DNA of 64,000 nt from Paragordius varius (lineage: Eukaryota; Animalia; Nematomorpha): NCBI GenBank assembly GCA_964247055.1, contig OZ176055.1, positions 6,944,001 to 7,008,000 on the forward strand, in the 5' to 3' direction. The position numbers were made by a program, and so were the translations under genes. Within the stretch, counting starts at the first letter, position 1. Each line of letters begins with the position of its first letter. The notes beneath the pieces were generated by a model. It was not told the origin of the DNA, did no database searches, and saw only the letters and a list, made by a program, of their open reading frames with translations. Shown here in pieces: positions 1-12,053 of the stretch.

Positions 1-339
1 ATAACTAGTTTTTTGTGTCCAAACCAATTTTTTATTAAACGAATGATAAAAAAAATGAAGTGTTAATAGATGCTCATTTCAAATTAATGTGGCTGCCAAA
101 ATAGATTATAGAAAACTAATTCATTACACTCGTTTAAAATTAATATTTTTAGGTATTGGTTTTTCTCATGTTACAGTGTTTACAAAATATTCATAAAAAG
201 ATATATCAATTATCATGATTTTGTTTACGAGTAATTAGGAAAGATATTTACACTTTTGTTGTAATTGCACCATATATTTATTGATATCAATATCGGCTGT
301 TCGTTTCAATTGTGTTTTGAGGCTATCTGAATCCGAGAA

Positions 340-601
340 CAGGGGTTGCCAACAGGCTTTACGCCGCAAGAGGCTTCCGAATTTCTCTATTTCTCGAAAA
401 ATTTCAAATATAAAATTACGAACTCCACGTAAAATTGATGTTTTTAAACAAATTATATGAACAGGTCTAATTTCGGCAACAAACTAGCTAAAATTGTTGG
501 AATAAAACTATTTTTTACAATCTCAATCATAAAAATTATAATATTTGGTGATACCCATATTTACCAATGCGGCCTACAAGGCCATTTGCGTTGGAACCCT
601 G
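340..601. mobile_element. degenerate hAT(Charlie)-like MITE
   Basis: Imperfect terminal inverted repeats caggggttgccaac / gttggaaccctg with subterminal gccgca-like motifs; no target-site duplication recognisable. Confidence 0.35.
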
Positions 602-1308
602 CTATACATTAAAGTTGAAAGCTGTAACACTATGCATGAAATGAGTGTTTGCTAATTTAATTATAACTAAAACAACTCTCAAAACAGTAGTTTGAATACT
701 ATTTAAGATATGGAACATACTAACCCAAAATATCATCGAGAGAAAATGAAATGTAATGAAGTGTTAGCTATTGAAAATTCTGATGCAAACACGGTAGAAA
801 CAAACATAAATCTAAATTAAGATTTGCTGGGACACGTTATTTCATAGCTTTCCCTAATTATTTTTCTGACCATATATATTTATTTGCCTGTATAACGATA
901 GAACATTCACAAGAAAAATGTTATTTTGAGGCTAATATTTACTTAATATTTTACAATTTTTTAAAGCGGAACTCAAAGAAAGCATATTTTTAAATAAATG
1001 GGTCTGTACCCCAAAAATTAATGAGTCAACCATTTTAGTCCGTGAAACAGTGATGTAAAACAAAAGTGAAAGGAAATCAGGAATTCTTAGATTATGTTTT
1101 AAATATATTTTTAGTTTTGTATTAATTTTCGAATTAATTCATAAATATTGTTTTTAAAATTAAACTTATATGGCTTTATCCAAAAAATAATAGTGCATAA
1201 TTTATGATTGCATGTATTTTATATATAATGCTATTTATCTGCACAATAATTTTACCCTCAAACTGCTATGATTTTGTGCATATTTAGTGGATACATTAGT
1301 TATACCTG

Positions 1309-4300
1309 ATGTCGCTTTCAAGCGTATTACCAAAACCCGTACAAAATTTTTCTTCAACTCTAAAACCAAAAGAGGTTAACAACCAGGTTTAAAATTATTT
1401 TATTTTAGCAATCAAAAATAGCAAAGGTTGGACCTCAACCTTATGGACATCGTCATGGATTTATACCAAGAATTCAAGAGGTAGACATTTTGAATAAAAT
1501 TTAATTTAACGATTTTAGTTAACAAGTTAATAACTTTATAACCCAAATTCATTTCTCCTATATATTTAATTGTACTGTTTGTTTAGTTTTTTTACATTTT
1601 TTATTGAATAATATGTAATTTATTGTGTTTAAAAATTAGTATACAATTTTAGTATAGTTTATAATATAAAATCCTGCACACACCTACATATATATGTATA
1701 TATAAACTTTATGGAAGCTTAAATATAAATGTCACCGAAATAACAGTTAATGTATATCTTATTTATTTATTTTTCATCTAGGATTTTGCAGACGGTGGGG
1801 CTTTTCCCGAAATTCAGGCTGCTCAATTTCCATTAGACATGGGTAGAACCAAAAATATTGTTCCCTCCAAAAAGGTCATTCCTTTACAAGTCGATAAAAC
1901 AGGCAAAGTTAGGTTTGACGCTATTGCAAAACAAGGGCATCATAAAGATAAAGTATAAATTAATTTTATATTACAGATATATAGTACTATTGTTTTGTAT
2001 CTATTATTTAATATACAATATTAATAAGGATTGAAATTTTGTGTATATATGTTTGTTTAAAATGGAAATATAAGCACTTGATTTTTAATAACTCAGCTTT
2101 TATCACTTTTTTGGAATTTAGCAATATATAAATAAAATTTTAAAAATATAAATTTAACGTTAAGAGCTTGTTTCCAAAATATTTTTTATTAATTTATAAT
2201 TTCTTTGGTTAGACCTTAAATGAATTGTTAATTTTCCGTTGGAATCAAATAATTTAATATTTAGATTGTTAAAAGTACGTATGAAGATCTATTACCTAAA
2301 CCCATTGATGAAGAGGATGAAAAATTTCAAATACCCAAAGAAGATGCCATTCGAGAGGTCAGTTGAATTAATTCTTTTATAAATGAAATTTTTTTAATTT
2401 TATTTTATAATAATAATTATTTGTAGACAAAATATTTTAAAAGTAAAATACTAATATATTCCTATAAGAACACCATATCTATTTTTATATGTAACCTTAC
2501 CTAAAATAGTGTTTATGAATTATAAGTGTGATATCAATACACGTTTGTAATCCTTTAGGAACTTAAATAAGTGCAAGAAAACCATATTTTTAGGCCCTTA
2601 ATTCCTTTAATAAAATATAAATGCACTGAATGAATGAATTATCTGATCTCCATTCCTTATTTCATGACTCAAAGGCGATAATTTTATGTTACAAAAAATA
2701 AGGTTTGGATAACATGGTTTCTTTTTATACCAAAAATATATATCTTTAATTTATTTAATAGAATATTCCAATTAATTTTATTATATATATTTTATAAGAA
2801 AATATATTTGTTTTTATAGGTAACTGAAAAGACACGAGCTGCACTTGAAAAATTGGTTTCTGGAAAAATCGCCGCCGCCATGCCCGTTAAAACAGCTGAT
2901 AAACGAGCTCCGGTTGAATATATTAGGTTTATATTAAATACTTAAGATATATATTATATTATTATAACCCTGTTTACCGTTAAAATATTGAGTGAATAAA
3001 ATAATTGTGAAAGAAAATAATTTATTGCGAAACGATACATCATAGGATATGAGTTTTGCAAATTTTAATTACATTACCGTGATAAAATACATTTTTAACA
3101 TACTTATATCTCAATCAGGCGCGTATTTTTATTTTGCCAAATATTATTAATAAATTTTACCCTATTTGTATTTTAATCATACATACTTTCATAAATTTTT
3201 GCTTAATTCCTCTAAAAATTTTTTTTAATCAATGAATCAATCAAGGTATACACCAGCCCAACAGAACACGGCTTATGCTTCAGGGGCCAAACAACGTATT
3301 ATTCGCATGGTTGAGGCACCCAGGGACCCCATGTCGCCTCCACGGTTTAATATTAACAAAAAGATTCCAAGGGGTGAGCCTAGTCCCCCTGCCCCAGTCT
3401 TGCATTCACCTAATCGAAAGGTTTTAAATCCAATAAATTTTAATTTTAAAGTTTAATTTAAACATTATATTTTCAAATTGCATGTTTCCGATATATAATT
3501 TAATATTTGAATTAAATTTACACATTTTTTCAATATCAAACATTAACACTTTTTCACTTAAACTCAATATTTTTTGAAATAAAATTTTACACTTTTCCAA
3601 TCATACTCACACGTTCTTCATAACGCCTTGGTAGCTACGTAAAATTACAAAAAAATAATTTGGGGGAAATTAAACGTCAACAAACATACTTTACCCTCTA
3701 AATTTGATTTTAGCTCTTTAAGTTTTGATAAAACCAACGCTTAACCGAAATATTAATATTTATGCCTTTAAATAAATTAAATAATTATGAAAAAATCCCA
3801 GATTTATATGCTTATCAAACATTTTAATGTTTGAATATATTTAAACAAGGTATTAGTAATTTAAAATAAATGTGAGTTCAAATGATACTGTGTTAAGTTT
3901 TGATTGGAAAAACGTTGGTTGCTCGAGAAAGTCTTGAGTTTGATTGGAGAAAGTTATATATCATCAGACTATAAAATTTTAAATTCGGGGAATAATCATG
4001 TTTGATTGCCTAGTTTTAGGTGTTTGTTTTATGCATATGTCGGTTTATAACATTGTGTATGGAAGGATATATTAAGGTTTATTTTGGACAAATTATTGTA
4101 TTTGATGTAATTGGATGCTTTTTTATATATGGCTCATTTACTTAGCGGTTTAAAAAAACTTATTTTATAAGTGTTAATTAATTTTAAATTTCCTTTTTTA
4201 TCATTTTCAGTTGACAGTTAAGGAACAACAAGATTGGAAGATACCGCCGTGCATATCAAATTGGAAAAATCCAAAGGTAACATTTGGTCAACAATTTAGA

Positions 4301-7300
4301 TGACATTGCAGTTTTATTAAACGTTTTTATTAAATTTTAGTTTATTTTAAGGTTGGGTTTCAATATCATTTTTTTCGGAACACTTTAGTTTACATTTCTA
4401 TGAAATCTATATTTGCATGAAGTTATTGGTTATTTATTTGCTAACAAATTTTTAATCTTTTTCTCAAGTTTTTTCGTGATATTGGAAAAACTTGGTTTAC
4501 CATTGTTTTAAGACTCAAATATATCATTATCTTATAAATTAGGGCTACACCATTCCTCTTGACAAAAGGTTGGCCGCTGATGGCCGTGGATTACAAGAAG
4601 TTACTATCAATGAAAATTTTGCCAAATTAGCTGAAGCCTTATACATTGCTGATCGTAAGGTAAAATATATTTTTTTGATGCTTTTTAGTCCCATGCTTTA
4701 CATGTATAATCAATTCTTTTTGGAAAACTTTTTTGCTTTTTTATATGATGGAAAAATGAATTTAATGCATAATTCTTTTACTATAATGTTGTTTTTACTA
4801 TTGTGATGGTATTTAAATTGATAATGCGTTTTTATTTAATTTTTTTAAATTAAACATTGCGTGCATAAAAGCTTTAGTTTTTTGCTACAAGTTTAAGATA
4901 AAGTTTTAGCCATTACGTTGGTTTACTCGTAATTGGTAAAAGAAATGATTAAAACTGTGTTGAAAATTTTAAAGGTGGTAGGGGGTAATCTTTTGTGATT
5001 TTTTTTAAATATCAATATACTATTTTTACCACAATATATGTTTCATATTTTTTATTGTACCAAATTTTTCCCATAGGCCAGAGAAGCCGTTGAAATGCGA
5101 GCCCAAATGGAACGTAAATTGGCCCAAAAAGAAAAGGAGAAGAAAGAAGAACATTTACGGTTATTGGCCCAACGGGCGCGTGAAGCCCGAGCTGGCATTA
5201 AACAAACTATCGTGGAACATTTGGGGGCTGGTGCTGCTAATGTAGAAAATTCATCGGCACAGCCTTTCATGCAAAAGGGCGCGACAGCCTCTTACAATAA
5301 ATCTAGAGTTGCCCCTAAAGACAATCAAGAGGATTCTGGTAAATTTTTTAATAATACTTTTTTCCAGTTATATTAATGATGGTCCTTTTATAATATATGA
5401 CCATTTACAATTCAAATTAACCCCTTAAAATAAATTTTCTATTTTTAATCTAACCTAACACATCATTAAATATATTTTTACGACATAGTTTATTATTTCA
5501 GCATTATATTAGTTTTTATATAGAATTTTATAATCTAAAAATATTAAAAAATAAAGGTATTTATAAATCTTAAAAAACGCAATTTATTTTTGAATGAATT
5601 TAAATTATTAGAGGGTAAATTTAAATTGTATGTGTGGTGAGCAATAATAAAAAATTTGGTTTTTTACAATTAACAACTAAAGTATTTCTACCATCAATAC
5701 CAATAATAAACATAGAGTTGTCCCCAAAGACACTGAATGAGATTCTTATTAGTTTTTTAGTGTTTATTGTTACATTGGTGGATGTATGGGTCAGTTTTTT
5801 CATTTGATATGGTAAAAGTTGTTTAGGATATACGAGGAGGTTTAGTTTTTTTCCAATTTAAGCAAAAAGGCCAATATTATCAGTCGTTTTATGGGTTTTT
5901 TAATTTGTTATAAAAAATAAATTTTAATCAGCAAGTAATAAAATTAGAGATTCAACGTTTTTATTAGGACATTGGAAGTATTCATATTAATTTTTATAGT
6001 AAAAACAATGTTATATTTCAATATGATTAGGCCTATATAAATATTTTTAATGATTCCAAAAAAATTTTTACACATACTCTATATATTTTCTTAGAATATT
6101 TGGAGCGTGAACAAATACGACAGGAAAGGCATAGAGAACGTGTTCGAGAACGAAATTTGGCCCGTATGGGAAAGTAAAACACATACATATAAATATTTTT
6201 TTTTGCAAAATTTAACCTTTTCGAATTTAGAGTGTTTTAAGTTTAAGTAATATTTTTTGAAATATATTTTTTAACATATAATGCTCATTCTTCTCTTTAT
6301 GTTTGTCACTTTTCCCATTTAATATAAAATATTTTTATAGCAATTTTTTATTATAATCTCATTTAAACAATTCTTTATAGGGAAGCTAAACAAGAACGTG
6401 AACGAGATATTAGTGAGAAAATTGCACTCGGTTTACCTAATCCTAATCAAAATACGCAAGGAATCGTGCCTGAAAGTCAATTTGATGCACGTCTTTTCAA
6501 TCAATCCATGGTATGAGCAATTTTTTAATATATCAGATGCGTCTATTTAATATTTTTATTGAAAAATAATTTTTTTCGCGGATTTTTGACTCATATTTTG
6601 TTCGACGCCATTTTATGGCCCGAATCGATAACATTTTTCTATGCTTACATTATATGCTAATCATATTAAACATAATAAAAACACTTTTTATTCAAAAACA
6701 TAATGTTTGAAATTTAATATATGCTTTAATTATTTTAATTCAGCACCATTTTAAAATTTAAAATAAAATCAAATTGATATTATCTGTATAACGAAAACAC
6801 TTTTTCTAAAATATAACTTTTAATTCATAAATATAACTTTTTTGAAATGTTATTTCATATATTTCTTATTTATTTTAGGGGATGGATTCTGGTTTCAAAG
6901 ACGACGAAGCTTACGATGTATATGATAAGCCTTGGAGAGACGGGGTCGTAATTGGACAATCCATTTACCGGCCTAGCAAATCTATCGGGATTGATGGTGA
7001 ATTTGAAGGGGAAAATGCCATTGAAACTTTAATTAAAACAAACAGGTAATAATAAATTTTGATTGAAATGGTAATATTGTTGAGAATATAAATTTGTTTT
7101 GTTTTGAAAGCTCTGTGAGTGTGTTTTTATACTTAAATTTATGTAAAAGGTCTATTGATAACAAAAGTTTTTTTCCCATGAATTACTATTTCTCACATAG
7201 TGAGCTAAATAAATTTTGCATGTTATATTATTAGCTTATGATAATTAAGGTTTTGATTTTTGGTATTGGTAAGATATATCGGATAAAATGTGGCGGGTAT

Positions 7301-8248
7301 TTTTTCATAAACTTACTAGGATATATTTTTATTAATTCAATGTCTTTTCATAATAAAAAAATAATATTTTTGAAAATATTACGGGTATACCGTCATTTAA
7401 TGGCGAATCCTATAAAAATGAATGAATTTTAGAAAATATTAAATCTAAAAATGAATGCGAAAATTTTAATTAAGAAGTTTTTTATTTTTCTTAACAATGG
7501 GTCATCCTGACGCTGATAATTAGCTATTGAAGTATATGCATCACATTTCATTCTTTACAACCAATTTTTACCCAAACAAAAACAGATTTGTACCTGATCG
7601 CGGTTTCCAGGGAACCGCTACTGCGGCCATGAAAAATGCCATTGATGAGGCTGCCAATGTCCGTCAACATGGACCGATTCAATTTGAACGAGATGGATTC
7701 ACAAGCATTCAAGCTAGCAAAACTACCGTTGTACAACAACCCCAAGGAACCGGCAAAACAAAGGCTGCAAACACAAATGCAAGTGCTGCGACGGAGGATC
7801 CCTTTAATTTGGACAAATTTTTGGGGAGCGTTAAAAAGGGTTCTTCCTCCAACGTTCCAATCTCGTCTCAGGGTGGGACACAAGGGGAAAAGGTTTTACT
7901 AACAATTGTAAAGTGTCGTTGATTATTGAGAATTTTAGATTATTGATCATAAATATTACAAGAAATATTTTGTGAAATCGGTGTATTTTTAATCACAACT
8001 TTTGAGAGATTTTTTATTAAAGACGGTTTGTATTGCTAGTGAAAATTTTTTATATATACATTTGACATATTTTAAGTCATATCTTTTAAGAGATTTTTAA
8101 TAGAATATATTTAATATATAAATTTAATGATCACATTAATGTAAACCCAAAATTTTAATATATTTTGAATTTTTAGTCATCCAAAAAACGTGAGAGGGAG
8201 GATGTTGCTTTTGGACGTCATGGTGATCGGAATGCTAAGAAACGTTAG
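1309..8248 (+). CDS. SNW1: SNW domain-containing protein 1 (SKIP/Prp45 spliceosomal factor), 14 exons
   Basis: Exons 1309-1386 (or -1374), 1409-1480, 1782-1952, 2265-2357, 2820-2926, 3246-3420, 4211-4276, 4543-4659, 5077-5338, 6095-6173, 6381-6510, 6879-7045, 7586-7892, 8177-8248. All junctions are GT-AG and phase-consistent. Translation contains [57 protein letters not shown] (SNW motif), FVPDRGF and EDPFNLDKFL, matching the SNW1 family. Confidence 0.96.
5401..5637. mobile_element. MITE family A copy (decayed), SNW1 intron
   Basis: Starts ccatttacaattcaaattaaccc and ends near gagggtaaatttaaattgta; same termini and interior as copies at 45967, 48802, 58405 and 62603. Confidence 0.6.
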
Positions 8249-8286
8249 ATATTTAAATCAAAGTTGTGTGATGTATATTTTATTCA

Positions 8287-8292
8287 AATAAA
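8287..8292 (+). terminator. candidate polyadenylation signal of SNW1
   Basis: AATAAA 39 nt after the TAG stop; the motif is common in this AT-rich DNA, so support is weak. Confidence 0.4.
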
Positions 8293-9479
8293 TTTTTTAG
8301 TTGCTAGAATCATAGTGCCTGTTAGGTTTGATTAAGAATAATAAAGAATGGAAGTTTCCTTTATGATCGCAAAGTGTCTATTAGATATACAATTTAAATT
8401 GGTGCATAAAAATAACATTATCCAAAATTCCAACGATTTAGACTATTTTATATTTTACATAAAAACGAGGTGTCGCTTAGACAAACCTTCGGAGACTTAT
8501 TCAAAATAGTGTTACTTCTTTAGAGAGATTATAAAGGCTGAGACTTTGCGATAAATTATAAAAAAGTCTTTAAAAATGAAGTCATTCACGGTTATGACCA
8601 GCTATAAATATACAAATTAAATATTTACATGTAAACTTAAAACAGTTTAAGCGATTTTATATAAATGTATAGATGATATGGTCGAGTTGTACTAAAACCA
8701 AGGCCCTAAATATGCTTCTGAATTATTTAATAAATGTATGGATGTACCTTTTTGATGTATAAATATCTGAAAATGTGAAAAGCTATGAAATTATCGGTAT
8801 GGCTTTGATCAAGAGAAATATTTTTTCGGCACTTTTAATTTTTTTGGTGAGTACCATTGGTTTAAGCATTCTATGTCTTTTTATATTATGAAAAAAATTA
8901 TTTTTTTGGTATATTTATAAATATGATGTCATCCAACAGATATTTGTAATATCCTGTCGATTGATGTATTAATAAACTATTACTAATTTTTTTATTTCTT
9001 TCTGCTTGGAACTGCATTTCGATATTAAATACAGTATGCATTTTAATGTATGTTCAGTAATTTTATTGCCAGTCGAATAACATAAATGGTTTATCCAATG
9101 CGTAAAATACTGACCCACGAAATTATTTCGTAATACACATATGAAAGAGGATTGACGTGAGAATTAACATAGGTTTTAATTTGATGGATATTTTGTAATG
9201 TTAAATTTTGAGAATATTATAGCAATTTATGTTAACATTTGTAATATTGTTGTTACGTATTTAGATTAATTTTGTGGGTTTTTATCTTTGATAAATTAAT
9301 AAATAGTAAAATACGTATTTTAAAATTTTTAATGTTAATTATTCCTAAATTTAATAATATTTTTAACATGCTAAATACCTGTATTAATCAATATTGGTAT
9401 TATAATTTTTAGTTGTTATTATTAATTAAAAAAACACAGGTAAATATATATTTGTGAAAATTTTAGTAGATTTTAGATT

Positions 9480-10560
9480 TTTGTCTTTTATGTTTTGCGT
9501 TGTTAATTATTAATAATTTTTAAGTATTTCAGACATTTTAATCAGGTAAAAATTCGGTTTTTAAATTTAGTCAAATTTATTTTTTTTTGTTTTTTTATAT
9601 TGTTAATTGTAATCAATTACTATATATTTTGGACATTATTATAAATACAGGTAAAAATTGCGGTTTATAACAAATTTAGTAAAAATTAAGTTTTTTTTCT
9701 TTTTTAGGTTTTGCATTGTTAATTGTAATTAATTACTACATATTTTGGACATTATAATAAATACAGGTAAAAATTGCGGTTTTTAATAAATTTAGTAAAA
9801 ATTAAGTTTTTTTTGTTTTTTTAGGTTTTGCATTGTTAATTGTAATTAATTAATACATATTTTGGACATTATAATAAATACAGGTAAAAATTGCAGTTTT
9901 TAATAGATTAAGTAAAAATTTTTTTTTTGCTTTTTTAGGTTTTGCATTGTTAATTGTAATTAATTACTATATATTTTGGACATTATTATAAATACAAAAT
10001 TGCAGTTTTAAACAAATATAGTAAAAATTTAGTTTTTTTTGTTTTTTTAGGTTTTGCATTGTTAATTGTAATTATTTACTATATATTTTGGACATTATTA
10101 TAAATACAGGTAAAAATTGCGGTTTATAACAAATTTAGTAAAAATTAATTTTCTTTTTTAGGTTTTGCATTGTTAATTGTAATTAATTACTACATATTTT
10201 GGACATTATAATAAATACAGGTAAAAATTGCGGTTTTTAATAAATTTAGTAAAAATTTTTTTTTTGCTTTTTTAGGTTTTGCATTGTTAATTGTAATTAA
10301 TTACTATATATTTTGGACATTATTATAAATACAAAATTGCAGTTTTAAACAAATATAGTAAAAATTTAGTTTTTTTTGTTTTTTTAGGTTTTGCATTGTT
10401 AATTGTAATTATTTACTATATATTTTGGACATTATTAGAAATACAGGTAAAAATTTTAGTTTAAGAAAATTTATGTATTATTTAAAAATTTTTTTGTTTT
10501 TTTAGGTTTTGCATTGTAAATTATACATAGTCTTGAAATATTTTTACATACTATAATAAA
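9480..10560 (+). repeat. ~115-bp tandem array in left foldback arm (about 9-10 units)
   Basis: Repeated unit ggttttgcattgttaattgtaattaattactacatattttggacattataataaatacaggtaaaaattgcgg... Confidence 0.9.
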
Positions 10561-10968
10561 GACAGGTAAAAATCAATGTTTTTCGGTTTTATATGTAATT
10601 ATAAATACCAACCAATATGAAAAATTATCTATATTTACATAAACATCGATATATAGATGCAAATAAAATATATTTATTACTCCAAAAACTATAAATAAGA
10701 AGCATATTATTTTTAGCTATAAATAAATTTATTAATATAAAATAAATCATTATAATATAAATCATAATTCAATGTTGGAATCATCCAGCTTTATGGTCGA
10801 TCTATATCATCTTGTAATTGACCGTCTTGTATGTTAGATTTGCAATAATTTAATGATTAATATCATAAATTATTGTAATAGGACAGTTGAATTTTGAAAA
10901 CACTGATTGCAATAGTGTGGGAGTCTTATCAGTAACATTATAATTTATACACTTGTTCGATATTCTTT

Positions 10969-11296
10969 TTAATCCGGGTGATCATCTAAATAAAAAAAGA
11001 TTATTGGGTTTTTCACTGGAAAACGTGGATAAAATTAAGAATATTTTACCTTCATTCTCTGGGATGATTATATCAGCTAACATAAAAGATAGATGAGTTT
11101 TTATGGAATTTAATAAAATTATACTACTGTTCCTACAATCGCTTTCCTGGATTCCATAACTATTATCATAATCAGAAACGCTAATCGGAGCTAATACCAA
11201 TTAAAATTAAATAAATTAACCTTCATAAAATTGGAAAAATATTTTTATAAAAAAGAAAATAAAAAATGTTATAAATTTTTCCATCTGCATTTTCAT
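10969..11296 (-). CDS. candidate 77-aa small secreted protein, 3 exons, at the centre of the foldback
   Basis: Exons 11296-11221, 11190-11050, 10985-10969; GT-AG introns of 30 and 64 nt; phases consistent (234 nt). Translation MKMQMEKFITFFIFFFIKIFFQFYEA-PISVSDYDNSYGIQESDCRNSSIILLNSIKTHLSFMLADIIIPENEDDHPD*; the N-terminus resembles a signal peptide. No family recognised. Confidence 0.4.
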
Positions 11297-11456
11297 TATA
11301 AGAGCCAAAGCTAAAAAACACGAATCCACTTCATAGTCTTAACAAAAAATGCAAATTTGATAAAATTTTCTTCTTCGCACTCATACTATGCCAGAAAAGC
11401 ATAGGCGCTTTTCTTTGTAGGGAATTTTTCGTGCTGTTTTGGTTGCTAAAAAGAAA

Positions 11457-11715
11457 ATGTAAAAGAAAACTGTAAAAAGATCATTTTTAAGTTTTTATAA
11501 TGAAAAAGTCATTTTTTGCGAATATTATGAAGGTAAATTATTTTTGTATTAATTAGAGGATTCTAACAATGAGAATGTGTAGGCTCCCAACAGTATTTCG
11601 GATTGTGACAACTACGTTCATAAAAAAGAGATGGTGATTATAAATTTTAAAAACCCAATAACCTTTTTTTATTTAGATGATCACCCAAATATCGAACAAG
11701 TGTATAAATTATAAT
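11457..11715 (+). pseudogene. broken inverted paralog of the candidate secreted-protein gene
   Basis: Same tatgaag|gt donor context at 11532; APNSISDCDNY resembles APISVSDYDNSY; same ag|DDHP last-exon start. It has an in-frame TAG at 11580-11582, has lost much of exon 2 and has no open N-terminus. Confidence 0.35.
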
Positions 11716-12053
11716 GTTACTGATAAGACTCCCACACTATTGCAATCAGTGTTTTCAAAATTCAACTGTTCTATTATAATAATTGATGATATTAATCATT
11801 AAATTATTGCAAATCTAACATACAAGACGGTCAATTACAAGATGATATAGATCGACCATAAAGCTGGATGATTCCAACATTGAATTATGATTTATATTAT
11901 AATGATTTATTTTATATTAATAAATTTATTTATATCTAAAAATAATATGCTTCTTATTCATAGTTTTTGGAGTAATAAATATATTTTATTTGCATCTATA
12001 TATCGATGTTTATGTGAATATAGATAATTTTTCATATTGGTTGGTATTTATAA

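Noticed and set aside
9480-10560. Regular repeats as a CRISPR-like array
   Set aside because: Units are contiguous near-identical ~115-mers with no unique spacers; eukaryotic context.
11014-11648. Tc1 transposase in the foldback spacer
   Set aside because: Too short; no paired-like or DDE motifs seen in the frames I translated.
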